From: an uncultured virus (IMG/VR IMGVR_UViG_3300033463_000102)
Lineage: Duplodnaviria; Heunggongvirae; Uroviricota; Caudoviricetes
IMG/VR virus record: IMGVR_UViG_3300033463_000102
Reading direction: 5' to 3' (one strand)
DNA length: 64,000 nucleotides
Shown here: positions 10,763 through 20,479 of the stretch, in pieces
How the letters are laid out: every line of letters begins with the position of its first letter
How positions within the stretch are numbered: position 1 is the stretch's first letter
The notes under the pieces: generated by a model
Told to the model about the DNA's origin: nothing
Seen by the model: only the letters and a program-made list of their open reading frames with translations
Databases searched by the model: none
Position numbers and translations under genes: made by a program

Positions 10763-11410
10763 CTAATACCCTGGCAGGTAGTGCTCTTCTGCCCACTGGC
10801 CGAAACCATTCTTCAATCCTTTTCTGGCAAGTGCCTGACCAATACTCTTTCCGTTCGTTCCGATGAGCTTCTGTACTTCCTTAGCGGCATCACCTGGGGT
10901 TGCACCGCCACGATAGGAGTACCACTTCGTGCCCTTACCAAACCTAATCTGAATCTTGTTATCAGGTGTAATCCTGATGCCAGACACAGCAGAAGATGAG
11001 GGAGTAAAGTTCTTCCTAGGACGGTCATCGTCCCACCATTGGGGTAGGCTTTGCTCGTACTCCTTGCCACGCCTTAGGGCTTCCTTCATCTGTGCAGGGT
11101 TCATGCCTGGGCGAACATAACGACGCAATGCGTTCACGTGTTCGAGAAGGGTCTGCCTAGGAGCATACTCGTCAGCAGTCTGCTGCATCAACATGCGGTT
11201 CATCTGTGCAGGCCCAGGAATGTAGTTCAGGTCATAGTTGAAGTTATGGCCAAGACTCTCAGCCTTGTCGCTACCGTCTTCAACAGAAGGTCCACCACCT
11301 ACACCGCTAAGGAGCGTCATTGCCCCGACACCGCCAGCCGCAGAAGCGCCAGAGCCGAACAGGGCAATCGCAGCCCGTAGCCAATCCTCGAATCCAGGCT
11401 TCTTTGCCAT
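10763..11410 (-). CDS. KTSC-like domain protein
   Basis: SSSAVSGIRI..IQIRF..WYSY..SIG pattern; homolog at 42747-43334. Confidence 0.55.
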   Translation of the reverse strand: MAKKPGFEDWLRAAIALFGSGASAAGGVGAMTLLSGVGGGPSVEDGSDKAESLGHNFNYDLNYIPGPAQMNRMLMQQTADEYAPRQTLLEHVNALRRYVRPGMNPAQMKEALRRGKEYEQSLPQWWDDDRPRKNFTPSSSAVSGIRITPDNKIQIRFGKGTKWYSYRGGATPGDAAKEVQKLIGTNGKSIGQALARKGLKNGFGQWAEEHYLPGY

Positions 11411-11413
11411 ACC

Positions 11414-11746
11414 TTACTGCCTCCAGTTGAATGCCATGCCTACTGCTTCGCCGACACCGTTTCCGCCCATGCCGTCATACTCTTCCCTAATCTTCGCATT
11501 CTCGACTTCGAGCTGCCTGATTTCGGCAAGGATTTCCTGCATGCGTTTCTCACGTGTGCCACGGCCAGTCTTGTATTCGTCGATGAGGCCCTTCATCTCC
11601 TGGTCAGCCTTGTACTTGCGGTAGTTCTTGATGAACGTGCCGATGCCCTGGCCAGCCTTGGAGAACATCTCCCTGTTCCCCTGCATGGCCGAGGTAACGT
11701 CAAGGTTGCGGGCTTGCGGGCCCTGCCAATTAATGTTCAATGCCAT
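11414..11746 (-). CDS. Small putative ejection protein
   Basis: GQGIGTF amphipathic segment plus coiled coil; counterpart 50353-50760. Confidence 0.45.
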   Translation of the reverse strand: MALNINWQGPQARNLDVTSAMQGNREMFSKAGQGIGTFIKNYRKYKADQEMKGLIDEYKTGRGTREKRMQEILAEIRQLEVENAKIREEYDGMGGNGVGEAVGMAFNWRQ

Positions 11747-11757
11747 GTGTCACCCCC

Positions 11758-12558
11758 TTAGAGAATTGCACCGATGATGTCGCCTGCGAAACCGAGGAGT
11801 GCAGCATTGCCGCTCTGGCGCTGCAACTCCGCATTTGCCTTTGCCTGCGTGAGGTCGCTCATTGTAGACAAGTTGGCGTTCCTTGCACTGATTGTGTTGC
11901 TCAAAACGTCGCCTTGGCCACTCATGAGAGCGTCCCTGTCACGGCCATATGCATCCACGGCAGTCTTATAACGGTCCTGCTGGGCATTCCAGTTTTTCCA
12001 CTGTGTGTCCTGATTTGCCTGCCATTCGGCCATTTGCTGCTGTCTATCCTGCATTAGTTTGTTATAAGCCTTCTCCCATTCCTCGCTAGCGAGCGCCTGT
12101 TGCTTGGCTCCGAGGGCATTTGCGTACTCGCTAGACATGACATCGCCGAAGCTTCCACGGATTGCGTCCATGGCCTGCTGGGCACGCTGGTTGGCGAACT
12201 TGTCGTAGAAGTCGTTGATGTTGCCGTTATAGTTGAACTGGTCAGCCTGATAAATGTCACTGTTCAAATACTGGTCAAGCGCATCGTTGTACTTGCCTGC
12301 CCCAGCACCGTAAGTGCTCTGCAACAGGTTGCCATACCTTCCAAGGTCGCCCATGTTCTGTCCGTAGACATTCTCGGCCTCACCCATGAGCGCATCATAG
12401 GAAGCAAGTGCAGCATCGACCTGCTTGGAGTTGCCAAGGCCAAGCAAGTCACCCACGAAGTTACCAGCGGCAATCGGGTTGAGGCCAGTGGCAGCCGTGA
12501 TGGCGTCAAAGGTATCCATGTCGCTCGCCAGGTTTACAGCGTCTCTGTAAGTACCCAT
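11758..12558 (-). CDS. Pilot / DNA transfer (ejection) protein, P22 gp7-like position
   Basis: A/G/N/Q-rich with hydrophobic glycine-rich ends; homologous to 50787-51482. Confidence 0.6.
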   Translation of the reverse strand: MGTYRDAVNLASDMDTFDAITAATGLNPIAAGNFVGDLLGLGNSKQVDAALASYDALMGEAENVYGQNMGDLGRYGNLLQSTYGAGAGKYNDALDQYLNSDIYQADQFNYNGNINDFYDKFANQRAQQAMDAIRGSFGDVMSSEYANALGAKQQALASEEWEKAYNKLMQDRQQQMAEWQANQDTQWKNWNAQQDRYKTAVDAYGRDRDALMSGQGDVLSNTISARNANLSTMSDLTQAKANAELQRQSGNAALLGFAGDIIGAIL

Positions 12559-12559
12559 A

Positions 12560-12697
12560 TTATTTATCCTCCTTCTTGTCTTCGCCTTCGTCCATGTCTA
12601 GCGAGTCCAGGTAATCACCAAGCAGTTCATTGAAGGTCTTCATCCGCTTCACGAGCTCCTTGAATTTGTCTTCATCCTTTTGCGTTTCCCGTTTCAC
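12560..12697 (-). CDS. Small charged protein (45 aa, MKRETQKDEDKF...)
   Basis: GGAGG RBS, GTG start, fills the intergenic gap exactly. Confidence 0.55.
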   Translation of the reverse strand: MKRETQKDEDKFKELVKRMKTFNELLGDYLDSLDMDEGEDKKEDK

Positions 12698-12704
12698 GTG
12701 AAAC
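12691..12704. promoter_or_regulatory. parS-like palindrome GTTTCACGTGAAAC
   Basis: Perfect 14-bp palindrome matching the core of the chromosomal parS consensus. Confidence 0.5.
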
Positions 12705-12709
12705 CTCCA

Positions 12710-13039
12710 TTAAAATAATCTCTGTGCGTCAGAGGCCTTTCCGAATGCAAGGATACGCACAAGGCAAGGCTTAGTGACAGTTAAACTTGTGTCCGTGAGC
12801 TTCACTATGCGTGACTCGCTTCCGCCATTTCCATACGCAATGTCGGCCATGACAGTCATGCCGAACCTGAACGGCATCTGGTATGTCCCTGCATCGCTGA
12901 ACGTCGCAGTGAGGCAAAGGAACATTGGCGTCTTCACAACGTGCCACTCACGGGAATCATATTCGTCCCACATGCCAGCCATGAGACCAGCAATGGCCTC
13001 ATGTGACGAACCACGGTTGATGTTTGCTGAATAAATCAT
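12710..13039 (-). CDS. Small tail-associated protein
   Basis: Directly downstream of the gp10-like gene; counterpart 51492-51791. Confidence 0.5.
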   Translation of the reverse strand: MIYSANINRGSSHEAIAGLMAGMWDEYDSREWHVVKTPMFLCLTATFSDAGTYQMPFRFGMTVMADIAYGNGGSESRIVKLTDTSLTVTKPCLVRILAFGKASDAQRLF

Positions 13040-14640
13040 ATCATGCACCCCGTGCCTACTGCCCTGATGCTGGCAGCGCTAAGAACAAGGTCAGTAGGAT
13101 ACGAATAAGTTAACCTGAGTACACACAAACGATTCCTTCCGCCCAAGTGGAACCTTACACGGTGGCTGTATTCGCCAGCGAGTCCACAGGAAACACTGTG
13201 CTTGTTGCCGAACGTCTCGCCGCCATCCTTGGAAATCTCCAAGGTAAGCTCTGGCTTTATTTCATAGCTTTCCCATGTGCCCACGTTGAGTTCCACTGCA
13301 ACTTCCTGCAAGATAAATGGCTTCAACTCGTCAACGATGACGGAACCCTGACGGTGCCTAATCATAGGCCAGCCTGGGCCATCCACGTTGTCTTCCATCC
13401 AGTAGTCGTTGTCGTGAAGATAAACTCCCGAGTCGCCACAGAATGCGTAGAACTTCTCCTTCCACCATGCGATAGCCTGTACACGCCACTGCATCTCCGT
13501 TCCGTTGTCACGGTCCCTAGACTGTCTCTGGTGCCAGCTCTTGCTGAACATGTCATAGCACCAAGTCTCGTGGATGCCAGGAAGTTGAAGAACATAAAAT
13601 TGATGTTCCCCGACAGAATAACAGAAACCGTATGCGTTCTGCGAACCAGTCTCCAAAAGCTTCTTGTCCAAGAAGTCAGGGCTGATTTTCTCGTAGGTCG
13701 AACCGTTGGCCATCATGACGCCCTTTGCGAAACTCGTGCCTGCACCTACATAGAACAAAGTAGTCTTGTTTACAGCCAAGCTGAAAGGCGCCTCGATACC
13801 GTTCGAAAGGTTCGCCGTATAACTCGTACGCAACCACTGTTCGTATTCGCCCGAACCTCTCTGCCATACTTCCACAGTGCCGCTTCCGAATACGTACAAC
13901 ATGTCACCGACAGCGGCCAGTGCATCAATGTTGTCTGCTGCGGAATAGCTTGAATGGTATTGTGGAACTTGATAGGAATCAAGGAAGACGATGCTTTCAC
14001 TAGGAAGTTCCACCATCTTCACGGTGACACCGTCAGGCTCATACTGCACCTCGCCACCGCTCATGTCGAACACCTTGCGGGTCGGGGTATTCAGGGGGAA
14101 CCTCATGGAGAAATAAAAATAGTTTGTGCCCACGTCGTTTATGACGATTGAACCGTCCACGCACTGTACGAAACTTGGATTGACCTGGCCTTCACCGATT
14201 GCCCTTGCAGGCATCTGAATCTGCAACCAGTATGACTCGGTAAGGTTCCATGCGAACAGGTTCTGCCCATCGGCAATCAACAGGAACGGACGGAGACCGC
14301 CTGTCTCCGCAAAGGATACACGTGCATTGTTGATACTGACACTTCCGATTACGCTCATGCGTCCATCGGGAGTGAAACGCATAACCCTTCCGTTGACAAC
14401 GGCGAACATCTCGGGGGCTCCGCCTATCGCAGTCTCACCAACCGAGCTGACGTAGACACCCTGTACACGGCCCCTGATGCCAGTGGAGCGTTCGAGCTTC
14501 AACCCTGGCAACGAAGCCATGTAGGACTGCCCACCGTTCTCCTCCTGAAACAAATTGCTGCTCCATGAAGAACCCTGGATTGCAGGGAACTTTCCCTTGT
14601 TCGTGGCGCCTATGAGGTCATTGTAAATCTTGAGACCCAT
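13036..14640 (-). CDS. Tail hub / packaged DNA stabilisation protein (P22 gp10-like)
   Basis: Propeller-like; TWCYD..WHQR, ISKDGGETF..GEY..RV..LG motifs; homolog 51800-53410. Confidence 0.85.
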   Translation of the reverse strand: MGLKIYNDLIGATNKGKFPAIQGSSWSSNLFQEENGGQSYMASLPGLKLERSTGIRGRVQGVYVSSVGETAIGGAPEMFAVVNGRVMRFTPDGRMSVIGSVSINNARVSFAETGGLRPFLLIADGQNLFAWNLTESYWLQIQMPARAIGEGQVNPSFVQCVDGSIVINDVGTNYFYFSMRFPLNTPTRKVFDMSGGEVQYEPDGVTVKMVELPSESIVFLDSYQVPQYHSSYSAADNIDALAAVGDMLYVFGSGTVEVWQRGSGEYEQWLRTSYTANLSNGIEAPFSLAVNKTTLFYVGAGTSFAKGVMMANGSTYEKISPDFLDKKLLETGSQNAYGFCYSVGEHQFYVLQLPGIHETWCYDMFSKSWHQRQSRDRDNGTEMQWRVQAIAWWKEKFYAFCGDSGVYLHDNDYWMEDNVDGPGWPMIRHRQGSVIVDELKPFILQEVAVELNVGTWESYEIKPELTLEISKDGGETFGNKHSVSCGLAGEYSHRVRFHLGGRNRLCVLRLTYSYPTDLVLSAASIRAVGTGCMI

Positions 14641-14648
14641 GTGCCCTC

Positions 14649-15398
14649 CTAGAACATCGCATTCGGTGCAAGTGCAGCCGCATAAAGGTCACGGTAATCG
14701 CCAAAGCGTCCACCGTCACGCTGCATCATCCTTGAATTGTAATTCTTCTTCTTGATGGCATTCTTCGCCTTCTCGAACTCAATCTCGAACGACTGCTTGT
14801 AGTCGGCAAGCTTGTAGTAGATGCACAGGTTATAGCAGAGACCTTGCAAGAGCATGTTGTTGTAAAGGTCGCTCAGGTAAATCGTATCCTGCAACGTGTA
14901 AGTCGGGAGCGGCTTATTGTAGAAAATGCGGATAGTGCCAGAAGCACGTCCGTCAAGTTCAAGCTTGCCCACAAGACGCTGCCTGGTAACACCCTCAATC
15001 TCGTAGTCTTCCAGTTCTCTTGAATACGTCCAGTTGTGCGGAATGCCGATGCAGTTCTGCATGGAGATTGTCAGCGGGTCACCGTGCTGCAACGGGATGA
15101 ACCTGTTGCCGAAAGAACGGGCCACGTCGTTGATTGTCTCTGGCGGCATCATGTTGATTGCGTTGCGCTCTGGGTCGCCACCTTCCACGAACCAAGTAAT
15201 ACGGTTGCACGGAACGTCAATGGTGGCGTTCTGCATGACGATGTAATCCTTTGAGTTCAGGTCTGCAATCATGCTGTTGAGCAAGTTAAGGCAAACTACG
15301 GACATGTCTCCTGCCGAGCCATTCCTGACGGATTCACCTGCTTCGACAAGGGAGCACATTTCGCATGCCATTTGCGTTAATTGGTTAACGGAGACCAT
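14649..15398 (-). CDS. Head-tail adaptor (P22 gp4-like)
   Basis: N-terminal helix pattern (CLNLLNSMI) and C-terminal Y..L..NL..YY; homolog 53411-54334. Confidence 0.7.
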   Translation of the reverse strand: MVSVNQLTQMACEMCSLVEAGESVRNGSAGDMSVVCLNLLNSMIADLNSKDYIVMQNATIDVPCNRITWFVEGGDPERNAINMMPPETINDVARSFGNRFIPLQHGDPLTISMQNCIGIPHNWTYSRELEDYEIEGVTRQRLVGKLELDGRASGTIRIFYNKPLPTYTLQDTIYLSDLYNNMLLQGLCYNLCIYYKLADYKQSFEIEFEKAKNAIKKKNYNSRMMQRDGGRFGDYRDLYAAALAPNAMF

Positions 15399-15451
15399 TC
15401 TTTAATTCCTCCTCTTTCGTATTTAAAAATATGCTATGACTTTAGGTAACA

Positions 15452-15483
15452 GAAAAGGCCCCCATGGAATCATAGGGGCCTTT
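15452..15483. terminator. Intrinsic terminator after the coat gene
   Basis: AAAAGGCCCC-ATG..CAT-AGGGGCCTTT hairpin with A/T tails. Confidence 0.75.
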
Positions 15484-15507
15484 GGAGAGAGCCTTTATGG
15501 CTAGTGA

Positions 15508-16761
15508 TTAAGCCTTCTTGTAGTACACAACCACTGCGTCACGAGCAATCGGGAGAGCAGCTGCATACGGAGCGTCGATTCTGACGAGTTCGTTGAGGCA
15601 GCTGGAATCGCCCCACTTGCTCATCTTAACCGTGATGCCGCCGACGGTCTTCACAGAGTTTTCGGAACCTGGGAGGTCCTGGAACTTGTAAGAATCGAAA
15701 ATGACTGCATTTTCAGTTCTCACCTGACCGATGGAGTACTTCGTGGAAGCTTCAAGAATCGGAGTCAGACGGAAGCTAGAAACGCCACCAACAACCCATG
15801 CGTTCGGGTTAGATTCACCCTTCGGCACATAGAGGTTGCCATCAGCGTCTTCCTTCTGCACAGCGATACGGAGCTGCGGAATCTTGGCCTTGTTGGAAGC
15901 ATTGGCCTTGGTCTGGGCGATAACGACCCAGTCTTGGTCAGTTGCGAGACCAGCACGGTCAACAATCTTCACGTTGCCGAGAGAAGCACCGTTGGAGTCG
16001 AGAGCTTCAACCGTGTAGGCGAGGCCCTTGACGATGCCAGCACCAGAGATTTCAGTAATCGGCTCGAAGTAGTCGCCAGAGTCAGCAGGCGTACCAGAGA
16101 TGGTAGCGGCCATGCCGTCAGAGGTCGGCGTGGTGATTTCAGGGAGTTCCTTCAACTCGACCTGGGAAGCACCAGCGTATTCACCGAGGTAGTTCTTACC
16201 ATACAGGTCAGCCTGTGTCTGGGCAGTCACGAAGGTGCTGAGGCCAGAAGCGGCGATTTTGCCTTGGATGGTCGGCTTCATGAAGGAAACGAGGTTACCA
16301 GCAACGGAGATTTCGTCCAAAGCTGCAGAAGCATCAGACAAAGTAGCGAAGCTCGGAGTGCCAACGACAGCCTGGGCTGCTGTGAACACGGTAGCGTCAA
16401 CGATGTCCTTCTGGATGTTTGCGGCAAGAGACTGGCCGTTCGGCACTGCGATTTCGGATTCGAAGTCACCGATGTTCCAATCCTTGTCCCATACACCGAG
16501 TTCGAAAGCCATGTGCTGGTTTTCGGTATGGACAGGCGTTTCCACTTCCTTCAAGGTTTCGGGGTCAGCGCACACACCCTTGCGAACGGTGGCCAACGGG
16601 CTAATATATAAATTATACGTTGTACCAAATTTCTTTCCTTTTAGTTGGTCCTGGGAAAGGCCCGAACGGGACTTGACGAGGTACGGCATGTTGTCTGCAA
16701 CTACGGCAGCAATTCTTTCAACGTGCTTTGCGTTAACAAAGCCATTCTTAACTTCTGGCAT
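15508..16761 (-). CDS. Major capsid protein (P22 coat-like)
   Basis: Highly expressed codon bias; KKFG.T, LGEYAG, RID..Y motifs; AGGAG RBS before ATG 16761; homolog 40342-41655. Confidence 0.85.
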   Translation of the reverse strand: MPEVKNGFVNAKHVERIAAVVADNMPYLVKSRSGLSQDQLKGKKFGTTYNLYISPLATVRKGVCADPETLKEVETPVHTENQHMAFELGVWDKDWNIGDFESEIAVPNGQSLAANIQKDIVDATVFTAAQAVVGTPSFATLSDASAALDEISVAGNLVSFMKPTIQGKIAASGLSTFVTAQTQADLYGKNYLGEYAGASQVELKELPEITTPTSDGMAATISGTPADSGDYFEPITEISGAGIVKGLAYTVEALDSNGASLGNVKIVDRAGLATDQDWVVIAQTKANASNKAKIPQLRIAVQKEDADGNLYVPKGESNPNAWVVGGVSSFRLTPILEASTKYSIGQVRTENAVIFDSYKFQDLPGSENSVKTVGGITVKMSKWGDSSCLNELVRIDAPYAAALPIARDAVVVYYKKA

Positions 16762-16972
16762 AATTATTCTCCTGAATAATTGAAAAATGAAATGTTTTGG
16801 AAATCGCATCGGGAACCTTTCCCGTGCTCAAAGTAGACTTACTGCCCCGAGTGACTGGCCCTTGGCGTCTATGCCTACCGTGCGTCCAGTAGGAGAATAA
16901 ATTCGCAAGATACGGTATGGGTGCCGTTTCACCGAAAGGTCGATGGATAGTCGGCCATCAGCCCTTCAATAG
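16762..16972 (-). promoter_or_regulatory. Long structured 5' leader of the coat gene
   Basis: Late motif variant GCATATTATTG at 16973-16983 followed by ~210 nt with several hairpins. Confidence 0.45.
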
Positions 16973-17040
16973 CAATAATATGCCGTTTCATTTTTAATTA
17001 TGTGCAAAAAGCATATTATTTTAGTATCAGAGGGCATATT

Positions 17041-17220
17041 ATGACGAAAAAAGTTCAATCAAAGAAAGAAGAAAAGGTAGAGGTGGCCGTATTGCCCACC
17101 AATGACACCGTGGAAATCAAGTACAACACTGACATCCTTTTGGAAAAAATTCTGGACGCTTGCCTTCAAATGAAAAAGAGTATCGATGACCTGGGCAAGC
17201 GTTTCGGTGGAGGCTACTGA
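17041..17220 (+). CDS. Hypothetical protein
   Basis: ORF downstream of late motif GCATATTATTT (17011). Confidence 0.5.
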   Translation: MTKKVQSKKEEKVEVAVLPTNDTVEIKYNTDILLEKILDACLQMKKSIDDLGKRFGGGY

Positions 17221-17221
17221 T

Positions 17222-17632
17222 ATGGCGAAACAAAAGGGTCACATACTGAATGAGAAGGAAAAGGCCCAGCTTGCCGAGGCCCGCTCGCATGCGCCAGAGG
17301 ATTGGAATGCGGGAACAAAGGGCCAATTCGCCGACAAGGAGAAGGCAAGGGCAGCTGGAATCAAGAGCGGCATCGTGCAGCGCATGCGTAGGGAAATGCG
17401 TGCCAAGATGTTGCAGGCCGCCATTGACAACGGCATCGAGAAGCTTTTCGGCGAATCGCTCAAAGGCCTAGACCTCGAAGGCATGAAGGTCGTAAGCGAG
17501 GCCATGCGTCTCGTGGGCATCGACTATGCAGCTTCCGATGAAGCCGTCCAGAAAATCAAGGCCGACATCAAGGCCGACCAGAAGGTTGCTGGCAACCTTA
17601 ATATCAACATAAAAGGCTTGGATATTGACTAG
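17222..17632 (+). CDS. terS: Terminase small subunit (probable)
   Basis: Directly upstream of and overlapping TerL; KARAAGIKSG motif; C-terminal beta strand NLNINI. Confidence 0.65.
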   Translation: MAKQKGHILNEKEKAQLAEARSHAPEDWNAGTKGQFADKEKARAAGIKSGIVQRMRREMRAKMLQAAIDNGIEKLFGESLKGLDLEGMKVVSEAMRLVGIDYAASDEAVQKIKADIKADQKVAGNLNINIKGLDID

Positions 17633-18944
17633 GGAAATCGATATAGACCTTAGCGGCCTACTTCCCCACCAACGTAAACTAATACTGAGCAAGGCGAGGA
17701 AGAGCTGCCTCATTTGCGGACGTGGCGCTGGCAAGAGCTACGTGTGTGCGGCCCTTGCCCTTCTTTACCTGCTCAGGGGACGCAATGTACTCATCGGCGG
17801 AACCACGCACGACCAGTTGCACGAAACGCTCTTTGCAGAAATCAAGAACATCGCAATGGACTGGGGCATCTACGAACTAATCACATGGCGTGAAAGCCCG
17901 ATGTCGATGGAGCTCGGTCAGGCCCATGTCTGGTTCGGTTTTTATCAGGCTGTCGAATCCGTCCGTGGTTATTCCCGTGTAGGCCTAATCATTCTCGACG
18001 AGGCTTTTCTTGCACCTGCCAGCATCCTTGCGACCTGGGGCCCGTGTATGCGTAATGCGGGCTGCAAGACTAGGATTGTAGGCGCCACCACGCCAAGACA
18101 GGGCTCGCTCTGGAACATCACCATGAGTGACCCGAAATGCGACTGGGAAATCATTTCTGCGAAGTCCACCGACAACACGCACATCACCGAAGAGGAGATG
18201 GAGCTCATCCTTTCCGAAATCAAGACCGAGGAAATGTACAATCAGGAAATCCTCGGCATCATTTCGACTGACTTGGGCAACGCCGCAATCATCAAGCTCA
18301 AAGACTTCCCCACGCAGCCGTCTGGCATCAAGTCAACCGATACCCGTGTCATCGCAGGCTTCGACGCTGGCGAGGGCGTGGAACGTGACTGCTCCGCATT
18401 CTTCAAGAGGCGTGGCAATGAAGTCATCGAGATGTGGAAACTTAACGGCATCGACCACGAAAGGGCCGTCCAGCTCATCAGGGAATCCAACAAGGAACTG
18501 CCTATCGACAAGCTCTACATGGACGCAGCCTTCTCCGACTACGAATACAACACCCTTAAATACGAAATCAACTGTGAACAGATACATTTCGCCCAGGCCG
18601 CCCCAGAAGGCTACCGTCAAGACTATGCAAACATGAGGGCATACATATGGTTCGGTCTTGCCGACGGCGTGAAGCACGGGCTATACATTGACGGCTTCGA
18701 GCTTTCAGCAGAAATAAAGAGGCAGATGTGTTCTACCACATGGCTCAGGGACAATTCTGGACGCCTGCTTCTTGTGAAGAAGGAAGACCTCAGGGCGGCC
18801 TTGAAGATGTCGCCTGACATCGGTGACGCTGCTGCCCTCACTTACGTGGATAGATACGTTGGTGACGACCCGAAAATCGAGGTGGCCAAGAAGGCAAAGA
18901 TTGCACGCAATGCTGAAAAAGCCCTCGCAATGATGTCGGATTGA
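17625..18944 (+). CDS. terL: Terminase large subunit
   Basis: PHQ adenine motif, Walker A GRGAGKS, Walker B LIILDE, ATTP, RNase H domain GFD..SPDIGDA. Confidence 0.92.
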   Translation: MTREIDIDLSGLLPHQRKLILSKARKSCLICGRGAGKSYVCAALALLYLLRGRNVLIGGTTHDQLHETLFAEIKNIAMDWGIYELITWRESPMSMELGQAHVWFGFYQAVESVRGYSRVGLIILDEAFLAPASILATWGPCMRNAGCKTRIVGATTPRQGSLWNITMSDPKCDWEIISAKSTDNTHITEEEMELILSEIKTEEMYNQEILGIISTDLGNAAIIKLKDFPTQPSGIKSTDTRVIAGFDAGEGVERDCSAFFKRRGNEVIEMWKLNGIDHERAVQLIRESNKELPIDKLYMDAAFSDYEYNTLKYEINCEQIHFAQAAPEGYRQDYANMRAYIWFGLADGVKHGLYIDGFELSAEIKRQMCSTTWLRDNSGRLLLVKKEDLRAALKMSPDIGDAAALTYVDRYVGDDPKIEVAKKAKIARNAEKALAMMSD

Positions 18945-18988
18945 TAAAGTTATAAACTAAGAATATATTTTAAGAGCGAGAGACTTTA

Positions 18989-19408
18989 ATGGCATATATG
19001 CAGAATTTCAACGTAAAGAAAGAATGGGCCTCGGCCCTCAGGGACGCCCTCATACTCAGGCGCAACGGCCAGCTTACCCCAGAAATGGAGAACCAGCTCG
19101 GCACGATGTACTACAACGTCACAAGGTGGGCCATAGCCACGATGGTATCGCAGGGCAAGCTCGACAAGGAAACTGGCCTCAACGAGGATTTCTTCGGGGA
19201 GATGCTCATCAAGGCAATAACTTCGAGCGACAAGGCCAACCTTGAAATGGACCCCGAGGCCATCCTAATCTACATCAAGAACAGCATCATGAACACGATA
19301 AAGATGTATCTACGCAGCAAGGGCCGCCTTAAACGCAAGGGAACCCTAGTTGACCTAACCGAAATTTCACAGACATCCGACCTGTTCGGAAATACCATTA
19401 ACCCTTAA
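18989..19408 (+). CDS. Truncated sigma-factor-like protein (region 2), putative late transcription factor
   Basis: EDFFGEMLIKAI..D..YIKNSIMNTIKMYLR resembles sigma70 region 2; counterpart 39798-40307. Confidence 0.6.
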   Translation: MAYMQNFNVKKEWASALRDALILRRNGQLTPEMENQLGTMYYNVTRWAIATMVSQGKLDKETGLNEDFFGEMLIKAITSSDKANLEMDPEAILIYIKNSIMNTIKMYLRSKGRLKRKGTLVDLTEISQTSDLFGNTINP

Positions 19409-19410
19409 TT

Positions 19411-20427
19411 ATGGAGAGAACCATGGGATATTTAGACCAGATTCATCAAAGAGAAGCAGCAGAAGAACGCCAGGTTGAAACGCCTGCCGTAGAAACCCCA
19501 AAGGTGGAAGAGCCGCCGAAAGTGGAAGAACCGCCAAAGGCCGAGCCGCCCAAGGAAGAGCCCCCTAAAGTCGAGGAGCCTCCTAAGCAGGATGAGCAGC
19601 CCAAGGAAGACACTCCGAAGGTGGACGACACCCAGAAGCCGCACAAGGACCTTTCTGGCTACACCAAGGAAGAGAAGGCCGCCTTTGCCTTCAAGAAGCA
19701 GCTCGCCAAGCGTGAGAGCAAATTTGAAGAGGCCTTGAAGTCCCGTGACGCCGAAATCGAGAACCTCAAAAAGTCCATCGAGGAATTGAAACAGCCCAAG
19801 GAACAGAAGAAGCGCTCCGATTTCGATTCAGATGACGAATTCATCGACTACCTGACACAGCAGGGCGTTGACAAGCGTCTTGCCGAGCGTGACGCAAAGG
19901 CTGCCGAGGAAAAGGCTGCGAAGGACAAGGAAGAGGCAGCGGCCAACGAAGAAAAGGAACGCACTCAGGAAGCCGTTGAGAGTTTCCAGACTGCCATCAC
20001 CGAGGCCTTTGCCGACGAGAAGGACACAGCTACCTTCAAGGCCAACCTTGCCAAGGCAACTAGGAACGGCTTGCCCGAACTTCTCGACAGTGTGCCGCCT
20101 GTGCGTTCCTTCCTGTTGCAGAATGGAACCACTGGCGTCAAGGTGCTCGACAAGATTCTCGCCGACCGTGAAACGTTCGGAAGGGTATTCAAGCCTAACA
20201 CTGACCCAGTTAGCATGCTCATCGAGCTCCATGCCATCGCACATGAAGTCAACACGCCTGCACCTGCCCCTGCACCAGCAGCACCAGAAGTCACCGAGCC
20301 TACCCCGAAGAAGCAGGCCATCGGCAGACCTGGCCAGGGAAGCAACTCTGGCGCCCCAGGTGAACTCCATGGACGTGACCTTATCCTTCACATGCGTAAG
20401 GTTGCACAGGGCGGAAGGCGCATCTAG
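19411..20427 (+). CDS. Capsid scaffolding protein
   Basis: PKVEEP repeats, coiled coil, DFDSDDEFIDY motif, Pro-rich tail; homolog 41677-42663. Confidence 0.75.
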   Translation: MERTMGYLDQIHQREAAEERQVETPAVETPKVEEPPKVEEPPKAEPPKEEPPKVEEPPKQDEQPKEDTPKVDDTQKPHKDLSGYTKEEKAAFAFKKQLAKRESKFEEALKSRDAEIENLKKSIEELKQPKEQKKRSDFDSDDEFIDYLTQQGVDKRLAERDAKAAEEKAAKDKEEAAANEEKERTQEAVESFQTAITEAFADEKDTATFKANLAKATRNGLPELLDSVPPVRSFLLQNGTTGVKVLDKILADRETFGRVFKPNTDPVSMLIELHAIAHEVNTPAPAPAPAAPEVTEPTPKKQAIGRPGQGSNSGAPGELHGRDLILHMRKVAQGGRRI

Positions 20428-20447
20428 TTTAACCAGTAAGTTAATTC

Positions 20448-20479
20448 AGGCTCCCATGCGTAGGCATCGGGGGCCTTTC
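20448..20479 (+). terminator. Terminator after the scaffold gene
   Basis: AGGCTCCC-ATGC..GCAT-CGGGGGCCTTT hairpin. Confidence 0.6.

Noticed and set aside
16915..16968. Hammerhead ribozyme in the coat leader (CTGATGG...GAAAC)
   Set aside because: The core is not CUGANGA and the stems do not form the required three-way junction
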